Shown here piece by piece: positions 15,101-25,191 of a stretch of 32,000 nt of DNA. The DNA is from Candidatus Arthromitus sp. SFB-rat-Yit. Its GTDB lineage: Bacteria > Bacillota > Clostridia > Clostridiales > Clostridiaceae. How positions within the stretch are numbered: the first letter of the stretch is position 1; every line of letters starts with the position of its first letter. Location: contig NC_016012.1 of the NCBI RefSeq assembly GCF_000283555.1, positions 870,001-902,000 of the forward strand, read 5' to 3'. The notes beneath the pieces are model-generated. The model saw only the letters and a program-made list of their open reading frames with translations, did not search any database and had not been told where the DNA came from. The position numbers were made by a program, and so were the translations under genes.

Positions 15101-16469
15101 ATAAATCTCTTTCTCCCTTCCTTAATCTATCTATCCTATCTTCAACCATATCACGCACATGCTTCTTTTCAAAATCATTTTTAATATTATCAATAAGTCC
15201 ATTAACTTGATTCATAATCTCATCATCACCATAATCAAGTGCATATTCTACTAAACTCATCAAAGCATTCGGTTCACAAACATTTTGTATTTGCCCAGTC
15301 TTAGCAAGACTCATAAATCTTTCACCAGTTCTACCCTTTCTATAACAAGCAGTACAATAACTAGGAATGTAACCATCATTCACAAGTTCCTTTAAAACTT
15401 CGAGAGGACTTCTATCATCACAAGTTTCAAACTGGTTAACATTTTTTCTATCCTCTTTTTCTTTATATCCACCAACTCCTGTTACAGAACCTGCACTAAT
15501 TTGAGAAACACCATATCTAAGAAGTTCTCTCCTCATTTCCTTATTTTCCCTAGTAGACAGAATTATACCAGTAAACGGAACAGCTATCCTTATGACCGCA
15601 ACAATTTTTTTGAAAGTTTCGTCATCTAAAACATTTGGAAAATCCTCGAGATTCATTCCTTCAGCCTTTTTAAGACGTGGTACAGAGATTGTATGAAAAC
15701 CTACTTTAAACTTTTCTTCCAAATACTCATTATGTAACATAAGTGCCAAAACCTCAAATTTAGGATCAGCTAAACCAAATAAAACCCCCGCACCAACATC
15801 ATCAATTCCTGCTTCCATAGCTCTGTCAAATGAATTCAAATGATAATTATAATCTCCCTTTATTGATTTCGGATGCATCTTTTCATATGTTGGCTTGTGA
15901 TAAGTTTCTTGAAACAATATATAAGTTCCTATGTTCGCATCTTTCAACTTTCTATAATTTTCAACAGTAGTAGCTGCAATATTTACATTTATACGTCTAA
16001 TCTCTCCATTATCATTTTGAGTTTTATAAATAGTATCAATACATTCTAAAATATAATCAATAGGAACATTTATAGGATCTTCTCCAACTTCAAGTGCAAG
16101 CCTTTTATGCCCCATACTCTCTAAAATCTTAACTTCATTCCTAATCTCATCTTGAGTTAATTTTCTTCTCTCAAATTTGTTATCTCTCCTATAACCACAA
16201 TACAAACAGTTATTAACACAATGATTACTAACATACAACGGAGCAAACATAACTATTCTCTTACCATAAATAGACTCCTTTATCCCTCCTGCAATTTTAT
16301 AAATACTTTCTAATTGATTCTTATCTTCAACCTGAAGAAGTATTGCAACTTCCTTATGATTAAGTCCTTCTTTCTTTTTAGCCTTATCAATTACAAATTG
16401 AACATCATCTTTTGATGCGGATTTGCTTTCATTTAAAATTTTTTCTATATAATCATGATCAATGAACAT
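15093..16469 (-). CDS. hydG: [FeFe]-hydrogenase maturase HydG (radical SAM tyrosine lyase)
   Basis: Radical-SAM motif CVNNCLYCGY and C-terminal auxiliary-cluster motif CTACYRKGRTGERF. I moved the start from the track's 16502 to the ATG at 16469 (MFIDHDYIEKIL...), which is preceded by GGAGGAG. Confidence 0.9.
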   Translation of the reverse strand: MFIDHDYIEKILNESKSASKDDVQFVIDKAKKKEGLNHKEVAILLQVEDKNQLESIYKIAGGIKESIYGKRIVMFAPLYVSNHCVNNCLYCGYRRDNKFERRKLTQDEIRNEVKILESMGHKRLALEVGEDPINVPIDYILECIDTIYKTQNDNGEIRRINVNIAATTVENYRKLKDANIGTYILFQETYHKPTYEKMHPKSIKGDYNYHLNSFDRAMEAGIDDVGAGVLFGLADPKFEVLALMLHNEYLEEKFKVGFHTISVPRLKKAEGMNLEDFPNVLDDETFKKIVAVIRIAVPFTGIILSTRENKEMRRELLRYGVSQISAGSVTGVGGYKEKEDRKNVNQFETCDDRSPLEVLKELVNDGYIPSYCTACYRKGRTGERFMSLAKTGQIQNVCEPNALMSLVEYALDYGDDEIMNQVNGLIDNIKNDFEKKHVRDMVEDRIDRLRKGERDLYV

Positions 16470-16491
16470 AACTACTCCTCCTAAATAAAAA

Positions 16492-17601
16492 TTAAAATCC
16501 AAGTATACTATTTATAGAAACTTGTTGTTCATCATACTGTTTAACATCTGGATTATCATGACTCCACTTTACATTGTCACCCCTAGTTATTGCAACCTCA
16601 AAACCCGCATTATTAATTCTTCTCTCTATACATTTTCTACATTCTGCTGCTTCATCACCAGTACAAATTTTACCATCATAAAGAGCATATTTTTCTCTAA
16701 CATTTGTAGGAGATAAATTCGGCATAACAACATTTCCTCCAGCCTTTATTCCCTTTTCTCTTCCTAACTTATCAATACTTCCAAGAGCTGTTGTTGCAGG
16801 TAATAAAACATTAGGTAAAAGCAATCTAACAAGTGCAAGCATAATCACTGTATCTTCCAAAGTTCCAGCTGGATATTCACCAAGAGATGTCTCTTTTTGA
16901 GGTATAAACGGACCAATGCCACACATATGAGGCTCAATTTCCTTAACAAATCTTAAATCCTTAACTAAATCTCTTTTTGTTTGCCTAGGTAATCCAACCA
17001 TAAATCCAGCACCAAACTGATACCCTATCTCTTTAAGATTATAAAGACACTTTATTCTATCTCCAAAAATTTCTCCAGGATGAAGCCACTCATACAATTC
17101 TTTTGAAGCAGTTTCATGCCTTAACAAATATCTATCTGCCCCAGCATCAAACATTTTTTTATAAGAATCATAACTTCTTTCACCTAAAGATAACGTTATT
17201 GCATTATTAGGAAACATTTCCTTAATTCCTCTTATGATTTCAATCATTCTTTCATCAGTAAAATAAGGATCTTCCCCTCCTTGCAACACATAAGTTTTAT
17301 ATCCAAGCCTATCTCCAATAACCGCACACTCCATTATTTGATCATAGGTAAGCCTATATCTATCTGCATTTTTATTTTTACCTTGTATACCACAATACTC
17401 ACAATTTTTCTTACAATAATTCGTAAATTCAATAAGACCTCTCATAAAAACTTTATTCCCATAAGTTCTCATTCTAGTTTCATGTGACTTTTCTATCAAA
17501 TATTCTTTACTATCCTCATCAATATTTTCCAAAATATATAAAAGCTTCTCGTCTGAGAGATTATTAAATTCAAACAACTCATCAATATATCCTTTAATCA
17601 C
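16492..17601 (-). CDS. hydE: [FeFe]-hydrogenase maturase HydE (radical SAM)
   Basis: 369 aa with CKKNCEYCGI (CxxxCxxC), BioB-like, first gene of the hydE-hydG-hydF operon. GTG start is preceded by AAGGAGAG. Confidence 0.9.
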   Translation of the reverse strand: MIKGYIDELFEFNNLSDEKLLYILENIDEDSKEYLIEKSHETRMRTYGNKVFMRGLIEFTNYCKKNCEYCGIQGKNKNADRYRLTYDQIMECAVIGDRLGYKTYVLQGGEDPYFTDERMIEIIRGIKEMFPNNAITLSLGERSYDSYKKMFDAGADRYLLRHETASKELYEWLHPGEIFGDRIKCLYNLKEIGYQFGAGFMVGLPRQTKRDLVKDLRFVKEIEPHMCGIGPFIPQKETSLGEYPAGTLEDTVIMLALVRLLLPNVLLPATTALGSIDKLGREKGIKAGGNVVMPNLSPTNVREKYALYDGKICTGDEAAECRKCIERRINNAGFEVAITRGDNVKWSHDNPDVKQYDEQQVSINSILGF

Positions 17602-17660
17602 AACAACTCTCCTTAAAATAAAATACTTTAATTTAATTATACATAATATAAACTTTCACT

Positions 17661-17694
17661 TAAATAAAAATAAAGGTTATCCTTAAGATAACCT
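17661..17694 (-). terminator. Rho-independent terminator after ychF
   Basis: On the minus strand: AGGTTATC - ttaag - GATAACCT followed by TTATTTTTATTTA. Confidence 0.6.
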
Positions 17695-17710
17695 CAAATA
17701 AAAATTTAAA

Positions 17711-18805
17711 CTACACATTAAATCTAAAATTTATGATGTCCCCGTCTCTAACTACATATTCTTTTCCTTCTAAACGATAATATCCTTTTTCTTTCGCAAC
17801 AACCTCACTTTTACATTCGATCATCTTGTCGTATGATATAACTTCAGCACGTATAAACCCACGTTCAATATCTGAGTGAATTTTCCCTGCTGCTTGAGGT
17901 GCTTTAGTTCCTTCCGTTATAGTCCAAGCTCTAACTTCCTGAATCCCAGCAGTTAAATAACTTATAAGTCCAAGCAAACTATAACTCTTAACAATCAATT
18001 GATCCAATCCAGACTTTTTAATATCATACTCTTCCATCATTTGGGATCTGTCTACATCATCAAGTGAAGATAACTCCTCCTCAAATTTTGCACAAAGAGT
18101 AATTGCCTCAGATTTCTCACTCAAAGCAAATTCTTTAACCTTCTTAACCATAGCATTTTCTACTTTATCAACAAACTCATCTTCTGATATATTGCAAGCA
18201 TAAAGAGTTTTCTTATTAGTTATTAAAAAATATTTTTTAACTCTTTCCTCTTCTTCCTTAGTTAAATCCATGCTCCTAACCATCTTACCCTGTTCCAAAT
18301 GACTCTTAACCCTTTCAAGAATATCAAGCTCTATCTTAGAATCTTTATCTCCAGATCTTGCAAGTTTTATAATTTTATCTATCCTTCTCTGAACAATTTC
18401 CAAATCTGATAAAATCAATTCAAAATTTATAACCTCTATATCATCAAGTGGATTAACCTGACCACTAACATGAACAATATTACTATCTTCAAAACACCTT
18501 ACAACATGTACTATCGCTTCAACTTCACGAATATGGGATAAAAATTTATTTCCAAGCCCCTCTCCCTTACTCGCTCCTTTAACCAATCCAGCAATATCAT
18601 AAAATTCAATTGAAGCATAAACTTTTTTCTTCGTATTATATATCTTCTCCAATTCATCCAACCTATTATCAGGTACAGTAACAATACCAACATTAGGCTC
18701 TATAGTACAAAATGGGTAATTTGCCGATTCTGCTCCTGCCTTAGTAATAGCATTAAATAAAGTACTTTTACCAACGTTTGGTAACCCAACAATCCCTAAC
18801 TTCAT
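17711..18805 (-). CDS. ychF: Ribosome-binding ATPase YchF (Obg-family)
   Basis: 364 aa. [20 protein letters not shown]-loop, a coiled-coil insertion and a C-terminal TGS domain ([11 protein letters not shown]). Confidence 0.95.
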   Translation of the reverse strand: MKLGIVGLPNVGKSTLFNAITKAGAESANYPFCTIEPNVGIVTVPDNRLDELEKIYNTKKKVYASIEFYDIAGLVKGASKGEGLGNKFLSHIREVEAIVHVVRCFEDSNIVHVSGQVNPLDDIEVINFELILSDLEIVQRRIDKIIKLARSGDKDSKIELDILERVKSHLEQGKMVRSMDLTKEEEERVKKYFLITNKKTLYACNISEDEFVDKVENAMVKKVKEFALSEKSEAITLCAKFEEELSSLDDVDRSQMMEEYDIKKSGLDQLIVKSYSLLGLISYLTAGIQEVRAWTITEGTKAPQAAGKIHSDIERGFIRAEVISYDKMIECKSEVVAKEKGYYRLEGKEYVVRDGDIINFRFNV

Positions 18806-18916
18806 AAAAAACTACCTTTCTATATTAATTTTTAACATATATTTACACTTATTTATCAAATAAAATAAAGACATACTAAAATAATAAAATTTAAATTATT
18901 AAATGGAGGATTAAAA

Positions 18917-19720
18917 ATGAAAAAAAGCATCATCGCTTCACTACTAATATTAACTACTTCACTGTCAACAAACTTCGTTCCCATCCAATCAAAAACATCA
19001 TACATCACCACAAACAACTTTACAAATTCAAATACTCAAGAACTTGATTGGTACATAGTCCCAAACAAAGAAAATAAACCTCCTGAACCAAACAAAAATG
19101 CAATCCCAATATTAAATAACTTCTCAGGGTATTATCTGGGAGATACCGAAAAAAAAGTACTCTACCTAACATTTGATGAAGGATACGAAAACGGATACAC
19201 TTCAAAAATACTCGATATATTGAAAAAACAAAATGTCCCAGCTGCATTTTTCGTTGTAAAACCTTACCTTAAAACAAATAAAGATCTAATATTAAGAATG
19301 GTAAATGAAGGTCATTTAGTTTGTAATCATTCCTCTTCACATCCATCAATGGCAAAAATAACAGATCCTAACAAATTTAAAAAAGAATTCACAGATGTAG
19401 AAGAAGAATACAAAAAAATAACAAACTCTGATATGCCCAAATATTTCCGACCACCTATGGGCAAATTTAGTGAATACTCTATGAAGCTTACAAATGAACT
19501 CGGATACAAAAGTATATTTTGGAGTTTAGCTTATAAGGATTTTGATGTCAAAAATCAACCATCAAAAGAAACTGCCAAAGATAAAATTTTAAGCAGAATA
19601 CACAATGGATCTATAATACTATTACACGCAGTATCAAAAACCAACACTGAAATATTAGAAGAAATACTGATCGAATTAAAATCTCAAGGATATGAATTCA
19701 GAACTCTAACAGATTTTTAA
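18917..19720 (+). CDS. pdaA: Polysaccharide deacetylase (NodB domain), PdaA-like delta-lactam-biosynthetic de-N-acetylase family
   Basis: 267 aa with a signal peptide. YLTFDEGYENGYT...AAFFV...GHLVCNHSSSHP...YFRPPMGKFSE...FWSLAYKDF...ILLHAVS is colinear with my recollection of B. subtilis PdaA. Confidence 0.75.
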   Translation: MKKSIIASLLILTTSLSTNFVPIQSKTSYITTNNFTNSNTQELDWYIVPNKENKPPEPNKNAIPILNNFSGYYLGDTEKKVLYLTFDEGYENGYTSKILDILKKQNVPAAFFVVKPYLKTNKDLILRMVNEGHLVCNHSSSHPSMAKITDPNKFKKEFTDVEEEYKKITNSDMPKYFRPPMGKFSEYSMKLTNELGYKSIFWSLAYKDFDVKNQPSKETAKDKILSRIHNGSIILLHAVSKTNTEILEEILIELKSQGYEFRTLTDF

Positions 19721-19721
19721 T

Positions 19722-20954
19722 TTATGATTCATCCTTAACATATCCCATAATTATCCAAAATATAATTCCAATTAAACTTGGTGTATAGACCAACACAGAT
19801 TCAAACATACCTATAAACAAAAAACTAAGTACAGCAGAATACAAAACTATGTAATTAAATTTATCTATGTTTTTTCTCAATATTTTGTAGATTCTTATAA
19901 GATAGACGACTATAAACGAAACAAACAATACTAATGCCACACTACCATAAGATAATAAAATATCAAGAAAAGTATTATGAGTTCCTCCCTCTTTTACTCC
20001 AGATAAAAATCTTATAGTGCTATTATCTAAAACATTTATAGAGTGCGTCTTAGAATATCCAAATAAAATGTTATTTTTAATAATTGTTAAAACTTGCTCC
20101 CAAATTTCATATCTTCCATTCAATAACTTAACCAACAAAGTATTGTTAATTAACAAATATATCGAAAATAAACAACACCCTACAAAAAACGTTATAACTA
20201 TCCACTTCTTTTTAAACGTTATCGCTGTAAACACAAAACAAAATACTAAAAATGCAATAACAGCACTACGTGCACTAACCAAAAACAACATTATAATCGA
20301 CAATATAACATTAATTATCGCTATCTTCTTAAACAAAATTTCTTTATAATAATTCAAAAATATAAACGAGAATACAATACCAATAAAACAAATTATACCT
20401 AAAATATTTTCATTATCGTAAATACCCGTAAAAGATCCATCAAAATGAAATCCATAAACCTTAGTTAAAACAAACCTAACCTTAAATATGTAAAAAATTA
20501 TACTAAATATATGTGATATAAAACAAACACCCAATATAACTGTGGAGAGTATTTTTAATTTAATATCCTTATTTTTATTAATAACATTAAAAAATATAAA
20601 AAATTGAAACATTCCTAATAAAATAAGCTTTATTTCATTTATATACTCACCAAAACTATACGAATTTAAATACATGCTAACAACCGTAGAAAATAAAAAC
20701 AATATAAATACACAATTATAAAAAGTGAATTCAAACTTGTTTTTGTATACAGAATAAACAAATATCAAAATAAATACTACGTAAAATAAATAATTTAATA
20801 TACTCACAATATGTGACAATTCACCTATTATACTGACATAAGAAAAATTAAATATCAAATATACCAATGTTATATAAAATTTAACCATATCAAAATCTAA
20901 TTTAAGTCTGTCCCCTGCTGGCTGTAAATCTTTTGATTCTAATCTTTTAAACAC
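19722..20954 (-). CDS. O-antigen ligase / Wzy-type polymerase-like polytopic membrane protein
   Basis: 410 aa with about 10 or more hydrophobic helices and a larger loop (NSTIRFLSGVKEGGTHNTFLDILLSYG) typical of the Wzy_C/O-antigen ligase family. It is the last gene of the glycan cluster. The start is uncertain: a Met at codon 23 is an alternative. Confidence 0.6.
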   Translation of the reverse strand: MFKRLESKDLQPAGDRLKLDFDMVKFYITLVYLIFNFSYVSIIGELSHIVSILNYLFYVVFILIFVYSVYKNKFEFTFYNCVFILFLFSTVVSMYLNSYSFGEYINEIKLILLGMFQFFIFFNVINKNKDIKLKILSTVILGVCFISHIFSIIFYIFKVRFVLTKVYGFHFDGSFTGIYDNENILGIICFIGIVFSFIFLNYYKEILFKKIAIINVILSIIMLFLVSARSAVIAFLVFCFVFTAITFKKKWIVITFFVGCCLFSIYLLINNTLLVKLLNGRYEIWEQVLTIIKNNILFGYSKTHSINVLDNSTIRFLSGVKEGGTHNTFLDILLSYGSVALVLFVSFIVVYLIRIYKILRKNIDKFNYIVLYSAVLSFLFIGMFESVLVYTPSLIGIIFWIIMGYVKDES

Positions 20955-22093
20955 GTTACATACACGTCCTTTAATTTATCTATGATAATACTTTTTTCGA
21001 AATTATTTAAGAAATAACTATGTATAGTTGTATAATTATATTTATTAATATTAAGAATCATTTGTACTATAGCTTTAGATAAATTCTCCTTACTGTTTGT
21101 ATCTACTAATATGCCAACATCATCTATAATAATATCCTCAGCTCCTCCATTTTTTACTCCTATAACTGGTTTCCCACAAGCCAAAGCTTCTATATATACA
21201 ACACCAAAAGTTTCATACGAAGATGCCAAAATAAACGCATCACATTTATTCATATAAAATGCAACTTCATCTCTACTAAGAATTCCCAAAAGCTTAACAT
21301 AATTATGCAATTTTTTATCATTAATTTTCTTCTCTAATTCATCTCTTAAATATCCGTCTCCACCTATTTCTAATACAAAATCATATCCTATATCAATTAG
21401 ATATCCGCAAGAATCTATTAAATTTTCGAACCCTTTACCCCTAACCAAAAAACCTAACGTAAAAAATGTAAATCTAAGATTGCGGTGCATTTCTTTTAAA
21501 ATTTTAAACTTATTTCCATCAATAAAATTATGTATAACACTTATATCATTTTTTACAAACTTCCCTAACTCTTTTTTCAAAGAATTACTCACACTTACCA
21601 ATCTGTCTGCACTATTGTACGAGTCATAAATATATTTCAAATAACTTTTCTTAATATTACTTGCATAACTTATACCAGTATGCTCAGTTAAAACATATGG
21701 TATATTAAATTTTTCCTTTATATACGGAGCACATATACCTGCCCAAAAACAAGAATGAAAATGAAATACATCTATTTTACCTTTATCAGCAATAACTCTA
21801 TTTATTAATTTTTCAATCCTCTTGGCAAATACATTAAATCTCATACTACTATGTAATAAATAATTAAAATTTTTGTATCTGTATGTATCTAATCCATCCT
21901 CAATATCAAATGTTATCTTTTTACTAAATATTGTCTTAAATTCATCATAACAATATATCGGCAAAATTTCATTATAACAAATAGTAATATTTTCACCATG
22001 CTCTTTAAGTGCCTGTGCCTGTTCTTTAAAGAAACTACCTAAAACTTTATTTTTCCTGTTTGAATACCATGACGGTATAACCACAATATGCAT
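20939..22093 (-). CDS. Glycosyltransferase family 4 (GT-B, retaining)
   Basis: 384 aa. The C-terminal region ETFGVVYIEALACGKPVIGVKNGGAEDII fits the E-x7-E motif of GT4 enzymes. Confidence 0.8.
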   Translation of the reverse strand: MHIVVIPSWYSNRKNKVLGSFFKEQAQALKEHGENITICYNEILPIYCYDEFKTIFSKKITFDIEDGLDTYRYKNFNYLLHSSMRFNVFAKRIEKLINRVIADKGKIDVFHFHSCFWAGICAPYIKEKFNIPYVLTEHTGISYASNIKKSYLKYIYDSYNSADRLVSVSNSLKKELGKFVKNDISVIHNFIDGNKFKILKEMHRNLRFTFFTLGFLVRGKGFENLIDSCGYLIDIGYDFVLEIGGDGYLRDELEKKINDKKLHNYVKLLGILSRDEVAFYMNKCDAFILASSYETFGVVYIEALACGKPVIGVKNGGAEDIIIDDVGILVDTNSKENLSKAIVQMILNINKYNYTTIHSYFLNNFEKSIIIDKLKDVYVTCLKD

Positions 22094-22105
22094 AGATAAA
22101 CTCCG

Positions 22106-23371
22106 CTAAATATTTAAAAATTTAGATAACCTTGATAAAACCATGCTACTATTAAACTCATCTCTATTAAACTCAATACCTCTATTAAAATTCTTCAAAA
22201 TATTAACCATAATTTTCGTTATATCTTCACATTTATTAAGACAACAATATACTCCATCTACCTTATTAGATAATTTATACAACGGATCATCATAATCTTC
22301 AAGTATTACTAAGATAATCGCATTCGAACCCATATAATCATAAATCTTAGCTGGTATTTGTGAAAATTCTTTATTGCCAAATACAAGAAGTATATCTGCA
22401 TTAACAATCATATTTATAATTTCAATGTATGAAACACGTGATTTCAATCTTATAATACTTTTATTAACTAATTCCTTTTGATCTACATCATTTATACTTC
22501 CAACAAAATTTACATTTAAACTTTCAAACACACCTAAAGAACTTTTTTGTATTAATTTCAATGCTTTAACAAACTCGTTTACATTTCTTACACCTTTGAC
22601 AATATCGCCAGCATACAATATATTAATTTTATCAAATTCGAATTCAACAGGATAATTTTTTTTGGAATCAGCATATAATTTCTTATCAAATCCTCTATGG
22701 ATTATCTCCATAGATTTTGGCATTAAGCCATATTCTTCTCTATAATATTCCATATTATTTTCAGTTACAAACAGAAACCTATCACTGTTATTCACTATCT
22801 TATTCTCAATTATTTTGTTAAAAATTTTTGGAATAATACCTCTATTTCTTCTACTTATCTCATTGCAATAAGGATCACTAAAGTATGATACAAGTCGCAC
22901 ATTTTTATTATACTTCTTAACTATTTTTTTAATTTTATACGCACAAATCAAACTAGATGGAGGTTCATGCATACCAATAATAATATCAAAATTTATATCA
23001 CTTAAATATTTTTTAAAATATTTACAAGCATTATTAATCCAAGAAGTATATGGATCGACAATAACAATTTTATTTTTAATCCAAATTAAACGCTTAGATT
23101 TCTTATGTGTTTCATTTTCAGAAATCTTTTTTTTAGGTAGCATCTTATTTAATATAAAACTTCCATTGACTCTATGTACAACCACATCTTTATTTACAAA
23201 CTTGGATAGTTCACTATCATAGTAAATACTATTACTAGGAAAATCTAAAGTTAAAAGATGTATTTTAACTTTCTTGTTACTAGCAAGTAAATTCATATAA
23301 TAAACAAGCTCTATGCTGGCAGAATTGTTTATATCAACTGAGTAACAAGAAACAAATAAAATATTACTCAT
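22106..23371 (-). CDS. Hypothetical protein, possibly a divergent GT-B-fold glycosyl/glycerophosphotransferase
   Basis: 421 aa and soluble. It is embedded between tagA-family and GT4 genes, with an 8-bp overlap with the upstream gene. I recognise no diagnostic motif. The functional call rests on context only. Confidence 0.35.
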   Translation of the reverse strand: MSNILFVSCYSVDINNSASIELVYYMNLLASNKKVKIHLLTLDFPSNSIYYDSELSKFVNKDVVVHRVNGSFILNKMLPKKKISENETHKKSKRLIWIKNKIVIVDPYTSWINNACKYFKKYLSDINFDIIIGMHEPPSSLICAYKIKKIVKKYNKNVRLVSYFSDPYCNEISRRNRGIIPKIFNKIIENKIVNNSDRFLFVTENNMEYYREEYGLMPKSMEIIHRGFDKKLYADSKKNYPVEFEFDKINILYAGDIVKGVRNVNEFVKALKLIQKSSLGVFESLNVNFVGSINDVDQKELVNKSIIRLKSRVSYIEIINMIVNADILLVFGNKEFSQIPAKIYDYMGSNAIILVILEDYDDPLYKLSNKVDGVYCCLNKCEDITKIMVNILKNFNRGIEFNRDEFNSSMVLSRLSKFLNI

Positions 23372-24104
23372 TACTACCTTTAAAATGATATTTAAAACTT
23401 CGTATCATAAATTTAGGTATGCTAATTAATCGTACTATTCTCACTGGCTCTTTCGATACTCTATAAAGCCACTCCAATCCCAAATTTATCATTATTTTTG
23501 GAGCTCTATTAAGCTTTCCAGCATACAAATCAAAACTACCTCCAACTCCCATAAATAATTTGCAATTGAACAAATCTATATATTTATTTATAAAAACATC
23601 TTGGCGTGGACTACCCATAGCAACAAGTACAACATGTGGTTCGCTTTTCATTATTCTTTGAGAAACACCATCTGAATCATTCCCAAAATACCCATCATCA
23701 TATCCAGCAATTTTTATATTAGGATATTTTTTTGATATATTATTAACAGCTAATAATATATTTTCGTTCGTGCTGCCTACAAAATAAATTTTCAATAATT
23801 GTTCGTTGCAAATTTTTAAAACTTCATCCATTATATCAATCCCAGCAATCTTAGAAATCCTTATTTTATTTAATATCTTTAAGAGCATCGTTATACCCAC
23901 ACCATCCGGTATAATAATACTATCATCTCTACAAAAATACTTTTTAAGAGAACTATCATTCAATCCATTAAATAAGACCTCCGGATTACCAGAAACTATG
24001 TTTAATTTTTGATTTCCATTTGACAATAAATGTTTTCGTATTATATGTACCAAGTCATTTTTACTTCCTGTGTATATTTTGTATCCCGTTAAGTTTGTAT
24101 ACAT
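23364..24104 (-). CDS. tagA: WecB/TagA/CpsF-family glycosyltransferase (N-acetylmannosaminyltransferase-like)
   Basis: 246 aa. VLVAMGSPRQDVFI...FMGVGGSFDLYAGKLNRAPK...GLEWLYRVSKEP matches family signature blocks. Confidence 0.8.
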   Translation of the reverse strand: MYTNLTGYKIYTGSKNDLVHIIRKHLLSNGNQKLNIVSGNPEVLFNGLNDSSLKKYFCRDDSIIIPDGVGITMLLKILNKIRISKIAGIDIMDEVLKICNEQLLKIYFVGSTNENILLAVNNISKKYPNIKIAGYDDGYFGNDSDGVSQRIMKSEPHVVLVAMGSPRQDVFINKYIDLFNCKLFMGVGGSFDLYAGKLNRAPKIMINLGLEWLYRVSKEPVRIVRLISIPKFMIRSFKYHFKGSNE

Positions 24105-24112
24105 AATTCAAC

Positions 24113-25177
24113 TTATAAAATTAACTTTTCTAACTCCTTTAAAATTTCATCATTCTTGTTTATTCCACGAGCTATTTCAAAATATTTTTTAACATTCTCC
24201 ATATCATTCAATTTTAAATAACTCATTATCATATTTGTACAAGATTCTATCGAATTTGTAACTTTAAATACTTTCTCAAAATATCTTATAGCATGAGAAT
24301 ACATTCCAAGAGCTGCATAATTCAATCCCAATTCATTTACGACCTCAACAATATCGCTATCTATTCTCCTAGAATTCTCTAAATAATAAATTGCTTGTTG
24401 ATGCATATTTAGTTTCCTGTGTGCTACAGCAATATAGTAATATATTAAAGCATCATTTTTAAACATATCAATTAATGGAATTAATTTTTCTAATGCTTCT
24501 TTAGGTGAAGAATATATTTTTTCTTTACCATCCTGATAATTTTTGCATGACATTAGATGCTCTTTAAATTCTTTTACTCCTTTCTCATCTTGATCTTTAT
24601 ATTTTCCTATGCTTTCAAGTGCAAGTACATAGTTTCCCTCATCTCTTTCAATCATTGCCTTATATAAATATACCTTATTAAATGTTCTATAATTTTTTAT
24701 TGCATCATCAATATGAAATTTTAATTCTGAATTAAAAAATTCATCCTTGTCTTTTAAATTTATCAAAACTACTATTAACTTTTCCTTGTACTCATCATTA
24801 AAATAAATTTTGCACAATCCCTTTAACATTATGTAAGCTTCAAATAATTCATCTTTTTGAATTAATGAATATATGTACCCCTTATAAAACTCCTGACTAT
24901 TGTCAAAATTTAATATTATTTCTTCATAGTAATTATTGTATATAAAATTTTCATTTCCCCCGATGCATAAGAGCATTCCTACAAAAAACTTATCCATAGT
25001 AAGCTCACTACTCTTAGGATTATTTTTATCTGTTATAAGTTTTAAGTCTACAGGGAAAAGCACATCTTTACCCTGTAACTCTTTATACAAATAAGGACTT
25101 ATTTTGTCTAAAATTTTCAAATCTTTTAACTCAATAAATATTAAATTCGAAAGTCTTTCATTAATATTATAACCCAT
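24113..25177 (-). CDS. TPR-repeat protein
   Basis: Repeated 34-aa A/Y/L-pattern helices, for example ALIYYYIAVAHRKLNMHQQAIYYLENSRRID and ELGLNYAALGMYSHAIRYFEKVFKV. I moved the start from 25204 to the ATG at 25177 (GGAG RBS 5 nt upstream), which removes the overlap with pgcA. Confidence 0.7.
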   Translation of the reverse strand: MGYNINERLSNLIFIELKDLKILDKISPYLYKELQGKDVLFPVDLKLITDKNNPKSSELTMDKFFVGMLLCIGGNENFIYNNYYEEIILNFDNSQEFYKGYIYSLIQKDELFEAYIMLKGLCKIYFNDEYKEKLIVVLINLKDKDEFFNSELKFHIDDAIKNYRTFNKVYLYKAMIERDEGNYVLALESIGKYKDQDEKGVKEFKEHLMSCKNYQDGKEKIYSSPKEALEKLIPLIDMFKNDALIYYYIAVAHRKLNMHQQAIYYLENSRRIDSDIVEVVNELGLNYAALGMYSHAIRYFEKVFKVTNSIESCTNMIMSYLKLNDMENVKKYFEIARGINKNDEILKELEKLIL

Positions 25178-25191
25178 GTTTACTCCTAATT

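Noticed and set aside
19718-19724. The convergent pdaA-like and Wzy-like genes stop 1 bp apart with no intervening terminator hairpin.
   Set aside because: This is real in the sequence but probably just tight packing. No inverted repeat comparable to the hydA/hydF one is present, so I do not propose a specific mechanism.
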